A stretch of DNA of 64,000 nucleotides, taken from the IMG/VR virus record IMGVR_UViG_2879636102_000002, positions 1-64,000 of that record; one strand, 5' to 3'. Shown here one piece after another: positions 47,422 to 56,358 of the stretch (positions are counted from its first letter, which is position 1; every line of letters begins with the position of its first letter). The position numbers were made by a program, and so were the translations under genes. Under the pieces are notes generated by a model that saw only the letters and a list, made by a program, of their open reading frames with translations, made no database searches and had not been told where the DNA came from. This DNA comes from a virus. Lineage: Duplodnaviria; Caudoviricetes.

Positions 47422-49113
47422 TTAATAACCTCGCCTTCTTAATTGTTCTCTTCGAAGCTGCTCAATAGACTTTCCAATTGTAACTTGCGATTCTTGATGC
47501 AACCCTGCTTCCCGTTCCCTTGCCTTCGCTAACTGTTCTGGTGTGACTATACTTATCATATTCCCCATTTGTTCTACAATCAATCGATGAGCCATCTCCA
47601 ATGCGTCAGGACCATCCAGTTTCTTGTAAGGGAATTCGTTTAGCATTTCAAAAAGTAAATTGGAATCGGATCTGAGTAACATGAGGCCAGTTGCAATTAT
47701 AGTTTGCAATGCCCCTTCGATTCGTTTGATCTTATCTCCAGTGTTTGGGATCCCAACCATTGGAACAATGATTCGATCTGTGGGTGATAATCCTTGCCCG
47801 TTGTTTGGGTTTACACACAGTTCATTCCAGTCTTCTAAATGCCGTTTAAACGCGTCCAGGAAGTATTCCTGCCCTCCACTGGTCTCAACACCCGCAACTG
47901 TCCATGGAAACGCTCTGAGAGCCTTTACGAGGTCAATTTGGATCTGATCTGGAGGTCTTCTAGCAATGTCTGAATAGAGTTCGTAGAATTTTCCCTGTGG
48001 AGAAAGTCCAACACCGACAATTGCGGAATAATCTGATCTCTGAGTCTTCCCAAGCGAAAGATCCACTGCCAATCCAAGAGTCCATCCTTGAAATGATTCC
48101 GGCCTAACAAATTCGTAAGTTTGAATTCTACCTTTGAATTTCTGATCGATCTCTGCGAGTATGACGTTCTGCCTTTCTCTTGCGAAAGAGATTGGATCGA
48201 CTTCTCTTTCCTTTAGAAGCATCGAGAGAGGTGCCCCGGCTTCCCAAGTAGAATACTCGGATCCATCTGGACGAGTTCCAATGGCAGAGAATTTCTTACG
48301 ATTCCAATCCCAATACTTTTTGGTATCGTTGTAGATAACTTCTCCTACGCAATTTGGTGAAAGAGTTGTGTAAGACAAAACTACATCGATACCCCATTGA
48401 GCTCCGAGCTTCAATGCCGCCCGATCGAACCAACGATATTTTTTTTGCATTCTGGAATCTGATTCAACGTCCTTCTCTTCATCCGGATCATCGACAATCA
48501 AAGCGTCTGGCCGATATTGTCTATACCGAGTTCCACGAATGGCATTAAGAAAGCCTTTCGCAATGATCCTGGCACCTCCCCTGAAAACGATATCCAAATC
48601 ATTCCAAGCAACATTCTGGCCTTTCTGATCTTTTGCAGGCCTTAGTTCAGGAAAGTCAGATACAAGCAGTTCGTTATCTTCACACTCATCCACAATCTTT
48701 TGGAGAAAACCTTTCGCCTGTGTGAGTGAGGCACTGACCATGATCACAAAATGCCAATCACGCCTAAGCACCAACCACATGACACCGCATAAAGAGAGAA
48801 TGGTTGATTTTCCAAAACCTCGGGAGAGAGCTCGGATTATTTTCATTGGCCCCCTACCCTTCTTTCCGGCAAAGGCTTGTATGTCCTCTATCAATTCCAA
48901 TTGCTGTTCCCCAAACTCAGTAGAGAAGTAGTGAGCAAAATAAGTATTGAGAAAGACTCGAAAACTTTCTATGGCCTTTACTCTTCGTAAGGTGGCGGGA
49001 TTCCCTTCTCCGTATTGTGCTTTTTGTTTTTCTAAAAATCGCTTGAGATAAATTTCAGCGACTTTGGCAGGATACCTTTTTAATTCCTTACGCAATTCCT
49101 CGATTTGGATCAT
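47422..49113 (-). CDS. terL: Terminase large subunit
   Basis: RGFGKST Walker A, 'IRG.R....RPDALIVDDP', 'AVDLS', 'DYSAI', 'DGPDAL'. Confidence 0.92.
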   Translation of the reverse strand: MIQIEELRKELKRYPAKVAEIYLKRFLEKQKAQYGEGNPATLRRVKAIESFRVFLNTYFAHYFSTEFGEQQLELIEDIQAFAGKKGRGPMKIIRALSRGFGKSTILSLCGVMWLVLRRDWHFVIMVSASLTQAKGFLQKIVDECEDNELLVSDFPELRPAKDQKGQNVAWNDLDIVFRGGARIIAKGFLNAIRGTRYRQYRPDALIVDDPDEEKDVESDSRMQKKYRWFDRAALKLGAQWGIDVVLSYTTLSPNCVGEVIYNDTKKYWDWNRKKFSAIGTRPDGSEYSTWEAGAPLSMLLKEREVDPISFARERQNVILAEIDQKFKGRIQTYEFVRPESFQGWTLGLAVDLSLGKTQRSDYSAIVGVGLSPQGKFYELYSDIARRPPDQIQIDLVKALRAFPWTVAGVETSGGQEYFLDAFKRHLEDWNELCVNPNNGQGLSPTDRIIVPMVGIPNTGDKIKRIEGALQTIIATGLMLLRSDSNLLFEMLNEFPYKKLDGPDALEMAHRLIVEQMGNMISIVTPEQLAKAREREAGLHQESQVTIGKSIEQLRREQLRRRGY

Positions 49114-49751
49114 ATCGCAAGGTCATTCCCAAACTTTTCCGCGAGCGCAGTTGAAAGTGCCTGAACTGCTTGTTCTATCTTTTTGTCTTCTTCCTCTTTG
49201 TCATCAGACTTAGGAAGTCGTCCCGTTTTTTCTAAATAAGCGAAGGCTAATTTTCCGGCCTGGATCTTATCCTCAAAGTCATAGTCACCTGATGCTATCT
49301 CTTCTAAGATTCGAAAAAATCCGACGGCCACTGGAACGGAATTTTGGCGAATATGCGATAAGAGTTCCAGTTCAATTTCATCGGCATATTTTCGGAATGG
49401 TTCACAATGCTTATAATTCCATCCGAACCAATCTCGAGCTCTCCCAATCATAGGACCAATGTGCGTTTTATATTTTCCAGCACGGAAAAGTATTAATCCA
49501 GATTCTTGAAATGGGGAGACTTCTGGAAATTCTCTGTAAAGAACCACGGCTTTGTTTTTTGGAATTGGTTCAAATTCTTTTCCTCCCCTACTCTCTAAAA
49601 AGATCTCCTCTGGTTCTCGACTCGGTATTGTATTTTCGGTCGAGTTATTTGAGATTGTTGAGTCAGGATTTTCCCATGATTTAGAACTACCTTTCTTCAC
49701 CACACGTTTGCTAGGTGCTTTTTTCCGAGGGATTTTCTTCTTTGGTGCCAT
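49110..49751 (-). CDS. terS: Probable terminase small subunit
   Basis: Overlaps the terL start (ATGA); size and position. Confidence 0.65.
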   Translation of the reverse strand: MAPKKKIPRKKAPSKRVVKKGSSKSWENPDSTISNNSTENTIPSREPEEIFLESRGGKEFEPIPKNKAVVLYREFPEVSPFQESGLILFRAGKYKTHIGPMIGRARDWFGWNYKHCEPFRKYADEIELELLSHIRQNSVPVAVGFFRILEEIASGDYDFEDKIQAGKLAFAYLEKTGRLPKSDDKEEEDKKIEQAVQALSTALAEKFGNDLAI

Positions 49752-49752
49752 C

Positions 49753-49789
49753 GGGAAGTGACAAGTTGCAGTAAAATACTACCTGTCAA
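49753..49789 (-). promoter_or_regulatory. Putative late promoter copy 7
   Basis: TTGACA-N18-CTTGTC-ACTTCCC-G-ATG. Confidence 0.8.
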
Positions 49790-49800
49790 CGAAAAACGCA

Positions 49801-49834
49801 TTGACCACTTACAGTGATTTACTGTAATGAAGTA
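49801..49834 (+). promoter_or_regulatory. Promoter with palindromic operator
   Basis: TTGACC -35-like hexamer at 49801; TTACAGT-GATTT-ACTGTAA palindrome at 49809-49827. Confidence 0.55.
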
Positions 49835-49993
49835 ATGCCTAGAATAACTTTAGATTTGGATGATGATTCCTATGAGTTGCTTGAAAGTGATCGGGGAGAG
49901 ATGTCACAACAGAAATATATGATTCGGTTACTGAAAGAGTTTCAGTTACATATATCAATCAAAAGACGAAAAAAGGAAGGAAAGAATGGGTAA
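49835..49993 (+). CDS. 52-aa ribbon-helix-helix (Arc/CopG-like) regulator, missing from the ORF track
   Basis: MPRITLDLDDDSYELLESDRGEMSQQKYMIRLLKEF...; overlaps the start of the next gene. Confidence 0.65.
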   Translation: MPRITLDLDDDSYELLESDRGEMSQQKYMIRLLKEFQLHISIKRRKKEGKNG

Positions 49994-50795
49994 ACGTGAA
50001 AAATTTCGCTATTCTATCATTAATATAAATTGGTTCAAAATAGTATTGATTTCTTTCTCTTTGGTAAGCATCGGGATTATTGGGGCAGTTTTTCTATTCT
50101 ATTATTATCATTTCCCAATGCTAACAGATGATAATGAATTATGGGCACATTTTGGCGATTTTGTCGGTGGGACCCTGAGCAGTATTTTTTCTTTTTTTAC
50201 ATTCATTGCAATATTATACACTCTTCATTTACAGCGGGAAGAATTAAGCCTAAACCGGGAGGAATTAAGACTTAACCGATTAGAATTGCAAACTGCTAAC
50301 AAAGAAGCTGGAAATCAAACTCGCATTGCATCTAAGCAACTGGAAAACTCCATTAGGCAAAAGAACGAAGAATATTTGCTTAATTATATGAAAGTATACT
50401 CTGAAATCGAACTAAACTTAATTCATCGCGGTTTCCCTAATACAACAGGTGCGGCGTTAATAGAAAGTTTTTTAAATACAGATAGTAAGATAAAAGTAAC
50501 TACGAAACTCATTTCTATAGAAGATGCTGGAATGGCGATATCGACTAAACTCATATTAAAATATCTAAATTGCTTAGAGTATCTAATCTATTGGGATCTT
50601 TTACAATGCCGTAGTGAAACTTTTGATAGTATTGTTGATTCCGAACATCAATCTTTCTCTTCTGATTATTCCCCATTTATAAAATCTTTTTGTAACGATG
50701 CAACGTTTGTCCATTTGAGAAAATCTGGTATCATTGCTAAAATGAAAATAGAAGACCAATTCCCAAATATTGCTAGATTTATCAATCAGGTATAA
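49986..50795 (+). CDS. Membrane protein, putative abortive-infection (putAbiC-like) family
   Basis: TM helix, 'FGDFVGGTL..IF.FFTFIAILYTL.LQREEL...REEL'. Confidence 0.6.
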   Translation: MGKREKFRYSIININWFKIVLISFSLVSIGIIGAVFLFYYYHFPMLTDDNELWAHFGDFVGGTLSSIFSFFTFIAILYTLHLQREELSLNREELRLNRLELQTANKEAGNQTRIASKQLENSIRQKNEEYLLNYMKVYSEIELNLIHRGFPNTTGAALIESFLNTDSKIKVTTKLISIEDAGMAISTKLILKYLNCLEYLIYWDLLQCRSETFDSIVDSEHQSFSSDYSPFIKSFCNDATFVHLRKSGIIAKMKIEDQFPNIARFINQV

Positions 50796-50809
50796 AAAGC
50801 AAAATTGCC

Positions 50810-51106
50810 ATGCCGAACTGGAAAGAAATTCAAATGGATAGAGTAAAAACACTTCACTGGGAAGCGCAGGAATTTTATACTTCCCTAAAGTTTGAATCAT
50901 TAAAATCCTCTGTCCTTCAAATCCTAGCTCATAAAACAGAATTATACCATAGAGAACATGGGGAAAGTGCAAACATTATAGTAATATCCCCTGAATTTAG
51001 GATATTGATTGGAAAGGATATTTTAGATTTCAGGGGTATCCCGATAATTTATTCTCTAAACCTTACTTCAGAGACTAATTTTGAAAAATCTATTCAGGTG
51101 TTTTAG
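50810..51106 (+). CDS. Hypothetical protein
   Basis: 98-aa ORF continuing the plus-strand moron operon. Confidence 0.5.
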   Translation: MPNWKEIQMDRVKTLHWEAQEFYTSLKFESLKSSVLQILAHKTELYHREHGESANIIVISPEFRILIGKDILDFRGIPIIYSLNLTSETNFEKSIQVF

Positions 51107-51497
51107 GTGAATCTTCTTTCTCTGATTGTGTAGTTTTAATTTTTAGAGCATTCACTAGAAAATCGATTTTCTCTTTCAAACCACTTATCGTATAAGCTTG
51201 AAAAGCTAAAACTAAAGCAGATAAAATGGCCGCGATAGGAGATGCATATTTGCTAAATTGCTCGCCTCCGGAAAGGCCAACTTTCGCATTCTCTCTTCTG
51301 TTGTATCTTTTCCTTTCCTGTGCTACTTCTTTTTCCGGAACTATTTCCAATGCACTTAATTGAAAAGTGTAAGAATTTATCTCTCCACCATCGATTGTCC
51401 ACGTAACTTCGCAGTTATACTCTCTTAGTTGAGTGACTGTCATTAGCTGGTTACCTCCTTTCAGTTTTACCGTGGATCCAACTTTGAAATCACTCAT
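51090..51497 (-). CDS. DUF2158/YodC-like domain + TM helix
   Basis: 'FKVGSTVKLKGG.Q.MTV......C.W......F...LE'. Confidence 0.6.
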   Translation of the reverse strand: MSDFKVGSTVKLKGGNQLMTVTQLREYNCEVTWTIDGGEINSYTFQLSALEIVPEKEVAQERKRYNRRENAKVGLSGGEQFSKYASPIAAILSALVLAFQAYTISGLKEKIDFLVNALKIKTTQSEKEDSPKTPE

Positions 51498-52342
51498 TCT
51501 TTAAGTGCCTCTTTTCCTTCGATAAACTTCTTTAGGTCCTTCAGTTTCTTGATATCTGGATCCTTTTGAATTGCGTATTTCAAGTAGTGTTCAAACCCAC
51601 CTACTTTACCAAAATCCTTTTTGAATTCAGTTTGTTTCTTGGATATTTTATTCAATCGCTCTTTGTAGGAATCAATTTCTTTACGTAGGTCCTCTTTGAC
51701 TTTGTTCTTTTGCTTTTCTGCTTCCCACCAATCAAGGATTCTGTTATTGAAATATCTTACCTCTCCATCCTTCAGTTCTGGTAACTCCTTGGGAGGTTTC
51801 TTCATATCTTTCTTTAGTTCGTCTCGGAGTTCCTTTAGGTCCCGATTTACTGTTCCAAGAGGCCAGCCAAACATATCCATGATCTTACGTCGAATGGGAG
51901 TTTTGAATTCTTTTCGGGAGGAGAACTTATTCCCATAGGACCCTCCCCTATCGTCTTGGAGAACTTCATCTTTTCCAAACCAAATAAGGATTACGCGTTT
52001 TCTGTTTTCTGGAGTATAGTCCTTCGCAAAACCGTTCTGAGCTACCATAACACGAGCTCGAACGATATCAGTTAATTCAGATAAAACATGTTTCGCTGGG
52101 ATAGTTTTGAAGCCTGCTTTTTTGGAAGCACGGTATCTTCTGGCGCCATTTAGAATTTCGTATTGGCCGTTTGCATTTTTTTCTTTGGTTAGGACTATTG
52201 GATCTTGTACGCCTTGAGTGGCAACATCCGCATCAAACTCTTTTTGTGATTCGCGATCTACATCTCGGAAGAAGTTATCTTTGTGGATGACTAAATCATC
52301 GAGTTTGACTAGTTTTATTTCGGAATATAAAATCTTTTCCAT
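51494..52342 (-). CDS. ParB/Srx N-terminal domain protein
   Basis: 'VATQGVQDPIVL...YEILNGARRYRA...GF..IP'. Confidence 0.75.
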   Translation of the reverse strand: MEKILYSEIKLVKLDDLVIHKDNFFRDVDRESQKEFDADVATQGVQDPIVLTKEKNANGQYEILNGARRYRASKKAGFKTIPAKHVLSELTDIVRARVMVAQNGFAKDYTPENRKRVILIWFGKDEVLQDDRGGSYGNKFSSRKEFKTPIRRKIMDMFGWPLGTVNRDLKELRDELKKDMKKPPKELPELKDGEVRYFNNRILDWWEAEKQKNKVKEDLRKEIDSYKERLNKISKKQTEFKKDFGKVGGFEHYLKYAIQKDPDIKKLKDLKKFIEGKEALKE

Positions 52343-52376
52343 TGAAGACAAGTATGACCTGCGATTGAAGAATCAA
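52343..52376 (-). promoter_or_regulatory. Putative late promoter copy 8 (divergent downstream part)
   Basis: TTGATT-N18-CTTGTC-TTCA-ATG. Confidence 0.55.
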
Positions 52377-52699
52377 GCAGTTTTCAAAAGTTGGAATTAG
52401 TCACTGGTATTGGAAAATTCAAGCAACTGCAATGCTGGCAGAGTAGGAGATGAGGAAATTAGAAACGGAATCGATTAGTGAATTTAAAGTTTTAGCCATA
52501 GTTTTTTTTACCCCTTTTATCTTACGTTTAGATACTACTTTTGCTAAGAAACCGAGGATAAATATCAACAAGACACAGACCCAAATTTTTACGTTCTGTT
52601 GCTCCTTCTCTACCAGACATGTTGGAGTGCCATAAGACCAGTATGATTATTTCTTAGACGAAACGAATCGGAGTAAAGAACAGATTTTTGGTCTACTCC

Positions 52700-52948
52700 T
52701 CATTCAAGAAGTTCTTCAACTCGGGCTAAATTTCCATCTATAAAATGAAATCGCAAGATATTCCCATGACATGCAAATTCTACTCCATCTTCTCCCCATT
52801 CGTGGTATGCAACTTTGGCTTTGCAATTTTGACAAATAGGTATTTCAGACGGCTTTTCAAAATACCTTTCTGCATCTGGTGTAGAAATAAATTGGTCATT
52901 GTCAGACTGTGGAAATAGTTCGATCATAATGGTGCCCAATTTTTCCAC
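52700..52948 (-). CDS. Small zinc-ribbon-like protein
   Basis: CxxC...CHG; overlaps the rep 3' end. Confidence 0.5.
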   Translation of the reverse strand: MEKLGTIMIELFPQSDNDQFISTPDAERYFEKPSEIPICQNCKAKVAYHEWGEDGVEFACHGNILRFHFIDGNLARVEELLE

Positions 52949-53478
52949 ATGAGAAAAGCGGATCCTTTCAAATCCTCTGGTCGAGATGCTTTCGAAACTA
53001 AGTCCCAGGTTGAAGGTGATAACCTATCCCTACTCCATTTTAAAAATTCATCCCAGCTCTTTTGTACATTGTACTGTGATTGTACTCTCTTTATAGGAAC
53101 GTTGGAAATTGCAAAGCCTGCCTCGGCACTTTCGCCTACCCTGCTTTTGGTTTTGGGAATATTCTGTTTTGGCGCGGAGGATAAAGCTTTGGACAAAATA
53201 TGATCTTCTTTTTGCACCGATTTTGTCTCAAGAATCGGTATTAGTTTTCTTCGTCTCCCATCGAAACCAGTTTGTTTTACCAAACCCATTTTTTTAAGTT
53301 TGGAAATGATCCTTGAAACCGAGTCCGATCTTACTCCAATTAATTTGGAGAAATGTTCGTTAGATGCGAAACACTCCCCTACCCTATCGAGGGAAACGAT
53401 TTCTGCTAGTAAGACTTTTTCTGTGAGATTCAAAGGCAATACTTCGATCTCAACAGGTATCCATAATCCTGTCCTCAT
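52924..53478 (-). CDS. rep: Replication initiator (winged-HTH, LE1 Rep-like)
   Basis: 184 aa, 'L.LTEKVLLAEI.SL....CFASNEHF...IGV....VSRIISKL...GLV'; RBS GAGGA; downstream of the par genes as in LE1. Confidence 0.75.
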   Translation of the reverse strand: MRTGLWIPVEIEVLPLNLTEKVLLAEIVSLDRVGECFASNEHFSKLIGVRSDSVSRIISKLKKMGLVKQTGFDGRRRKLIPILETKSVQKEDHILSKALSSAPKQNIPKTKSRVGESAEAGFAISNVPIKRVQSQYNVQKSWDEFLKWSRDRLSPSTWDLVSKASRPEDLKGSAFLMWKNWAPL

Positions 53479-53807
53479 AATGATCCTCTTAGGTGGACAC
53501 GCCTACGGCCACGTAATAAATTGATTTTTTGTTTGGATCATTGGATTGATCCAGCTTCACTAAATTGCCAAATTTTCGGAAGTGGCAAGTCTTAGGCGTT
53601 AAGACGGGTACACGGTATATTTAAGAGACATAATAAGTCAAGCACATAATGAGACATAATGGCACAGGTTGGGAGGGAGATGAATTTTGGGAATTGTGTT
53701 TTGGGAGGTTTGAACTTTGCGGGCTTCCGAATTCCCGCATCGTTCGTATCCAGTGAAGCTAGACATGTACTAAGTAGTCAGAAACAAAAAGAAGTACAAG
53801 AAAAAAA

Positions 53808-54338
53808 TTAAATTTTTGCTAAGTCAGATTTTATTTTTTTCAGTTTCTGTTCTGTTGACTTTTCCTTATCCTTTAGCCAAGTTTTCAATACTTCTCGGTC
53901 CTTCTTGCCTAGGTTCTCTCCAGATGAAAATTTCTTATATAATTCAACTGGAGAAATTGTCGGAGTAACATCCTTTTCTTCTTTCTTGGATTCAGAAATT
54001 AGCTGTAATGCCGATTTCAAATCGGTCACTGTTGACCGATTTAACAAAGACTTGTTTTCAAAAAGACGAATGTATCTTTTGGCTGTAGAGTCTGAAAATT
54101 GTAAATTTTCTTTCATCCAAGGAATCCAATTTCCATGACCGATGATTTTCTTCTGATTTGAAAGTTTTTCTCCAATTAATATCGCGGATTGAATCGCATT
54201 GGATAGATCTTGGATGATGGATTGATGAAGAAGATTGATTTCTGTAACTTCGTCATTTTTGATTTCATTTTTTGGTGTCACGATATGGCCTGGTCGCGCA
54301 CCGACTAAATTAGTTATGAGTTTTTTTCGTTCACTCAT
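53808..54338 (-). CDS. Partition partner (DUF3102 / Borrelia-plasmid ParB-like)
   Basis: 'AI.IGEKL...K...GHGNW..W....L.FS.STA.RY'; coupled to parA. Confidence 0.7.
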   Translation of the reverse strand: MSERKKLITNLVGARPGHIVTPKNEIKNDEVTEINLLHQSIIQDLSNAIQSAILIGEKLSNQKKIIGHGNWIPWMKENLQFSDSTAKRYIRLFENKSLLNRSTVTDLKSALQLISESKKEEKDVTPTISPVELYKKFSSGENLGKKDREVLKTWLKDKEKSTEQKLKKIKSDLAKI

Positions 54339-55030
54339 CTCAAAATCTCTTTTGTTAAGTCTGAAAATTCATCCCAAACTTTCTCAGATAGTTTACCATT
54401 TATCGCTGACTTGGCAAATTCTGCTGATTTTGGAATTGATGTTTTTGTCGAAGGGAGTTCAATTTCCGAAATTCTTTCTGAATCCTTCTTCGAAACATTG
54501 AAAGGAACACACACAGGTTCGGTTACGTTGTTTTGCGCACATGCTTCAGCGATAAGCTGATATCCTTGGATTGTCCATCTGGAAAATCCTATCGGGCAAA
54601 TCACATGATCTGCATTGTAAAGTGCTAAATACAATTCGTAAGTCAATGATGGTGGAGTATCAAAAATAATATAATCAAAGTCCAAAGATTTTAAAGCGTT
54701 GTGAAACCTTAAAGCTGTGCCTGGGTTTGCCCCAAACTCATTTTGAGCTTTCGCGAGTTCAGGTGTAGTCGGGACAACGCCGAGACCTGGCTCAACGATT
54801 CTTATCGCATCTGAAATTGAGACCCTTCCTTTTAAAATATTGTATAATGACTTAGATTGAAGTGAATCAAGTTCCTCGTTTCTAAGGAAGAAATCAGTAA
54901 GATTGTTATTTGGGTCCGCATCGATAAGCAAAACTCGCTTTTTTTGTCTCGCAAGGGAGGCCGCAAAATAAATGGCTAGTGTAGTTTTCCCAACTCCGCC
55001 TTTTAAAGATGCAATGGTGATAGACTTCAT
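54335..55030 (-). CDS. parA: ParA/Soj ATPase
   Basis: KGGVGKTT, 'LIDADP', 'DYIIFDTPP'. Confidence 0.92.
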   Translation of the reverse strand: MKSITIASLKGGVGKTTLAIYFAASLARQKKRVLLIDADPNNNLTDFFLRNEELDSLQSKSLYNILKGRVSISDAIRIVEPGLGVVPTTPELAKAQNEFGANPGTALRFHNALKSLDFDYIIFDTPPSLTYELYLALYNADHVICPIGFSRWTIQGYQLIAEACAQNNVTEPVCVPFNVSKKDSERISEIELPSTKTSIPKSAEFAKSAINGKLSEKVWDEFSDLTKEILR

Positions 55031-55112
55031 CTAGGGATAATTTATATGCTGGAATTCAAATGCAAGGAAAAACGATTTCATTTTTCCATTATAAGAAAAA
55101 TACTTAGAAAAA

Positions 55113-56057
55113 ATGTCTCTTCTTTCCAATATTGAAAAAGTTTTAGCGATTCCAGAAATCCAATCAGACCCATTTGTTTTTGAAAAAAACTTTTTTGACC
55201 CTTCTTTTTGGGTACTTTTTCTTTCCCAAAGGCATGGAATATCTAAGATAAAATTTGATTGGGAACAAAATAGATCTTTTGCAAATACTATTGGTTTGTT
55301 TGGTTTTATTGATCCTCGCCAATCAGTTAATATAAACCGACATTCTGAGGGTAATAAGTATTCTAGAATTCAGAGAATTGATTCAGAGGATCCAAAATCA
55401 GTCGATTTAGCGAATACAGGAATTAATACTTGTATGCGTAAGGTTTTACAAGATTACCCGTTTTTGTTGGTAAGTCAAAGTGCAACCGGACTTTTGCAAA
55501 CCGTCATGGAATTGCATGATAATGTCGCAAGTCACAGTGAATCACAAGGATTTTCATTTTTCCAATTAAGGAAACAAGAGCTTTATTTCTGTATTTCAGA
55601 TTCAGGGAAAGGCTTCCTAAACGAAATCAGATCACATAATATCCCTGGGATTATGTCGCATCAAGAGGCAATAAATTGGAGTCTAAAGAAGGGAAATTCA
55701 ACAAAGAAAGTTGATGATGAATTTGCTCAGATGCTACCTGAGGATGCTTTTATCAATCCTATGAGAGGAACGAACACGTTTCGTAGAAAAGCTGACGGAA
55801 ATCATCACATGGGAATAGGATTGGATATTCTGAAATCATTTTGCTTGGATTCAGGTGGAACATTGGAAATTGCAAGTGGTGATTCCATTTACATTCTAAA
55901 TTCGAGGGGAGAGGAAAATTTTATAAATGGGCCAAAAATAGTTGGCGTAACGATATCTATGTCTATTAATTTGTCCCTAGCCAAGGCTAGACTAGAAAAG
56001 TTGGCGAAATTACCAAATATTTTGCCGTCAATTAAGTGGGAGGTTAGTCATGAATGA
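55113..56057 (+). CDS. GHKL/HATPase-domain protein
   Basis: N box ELHDNVASHS, G1 ISDSGKG, GNSTK, G2 GIGL, 'GVTI'. Confidence 0.75.
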   Translation: MSLLSNIEKVLAIPEIQSDPFVFEKNFFDPSFWVLFLSQRHGISKIKFDWEQNRSFANTIGLFGFIDPRQSVNINRHSEGNKYSRIQRIDSEDPKSVDLANTGINTCMRKVLQDYPFLLVSQSATGLLQTVMELHDNVASHSESQGFSFFQLRKQELYFCISDSGKGFLNEIRSHNIPGIMSHQEAINWSLKKGNSTKKVDDEFAQMLPEDAFINPMRGTNTFRRKADGNHHMGIGLDILKSFCLDSGGTLEIASGDSIYILNSRGEENFINGPKIVGVTISMSINLSLAKARLEKLAKLPNILPSIKWEVSHE

Positions 56058-56346
56058 AACAGTAAGATTAAGTTTTTCTGGAACTGATTTATCCTCACGG
56101 ACTTATGGCCAAGAGCAAAGGCTAATTCTTGAAAAACTTCTCCAAAATGGCGACAAGGTAACTATAGATTTAAGGAATATAGAATCTATTTCTCATTCTT
56201 TTGCTGATGAACTCTTTGCAGTTTTATATTCAAAAGTAGGGGAGAAGACCTTCTCAGAGAAGATTAACTTTATAGTAAAAAGTGAAGATTTAGTACAAGT
56301 CATCTCTGATTCTATTCGCTATAGATGCAATTTACAAAGCGTTTAA
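56050..56346 (+). CDS. STAS-like (DUF4325) protein
   Basis: 'SR..G...R...VTIDL.NIESISHSFADELF'; overlaps the HATPase stop. Confidence 0.8.
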   Translation: MNETVRLSFSGTDLSSRTYGQEQRLILEKLLQNGDKVTIDLRNIESISHSFADELFAVLYSKVGEKTFSEKINFIVKSEDLVQVISDSIRYRCNLQSV

Positions 56347-56358
56347 CACGCTTAAGCC

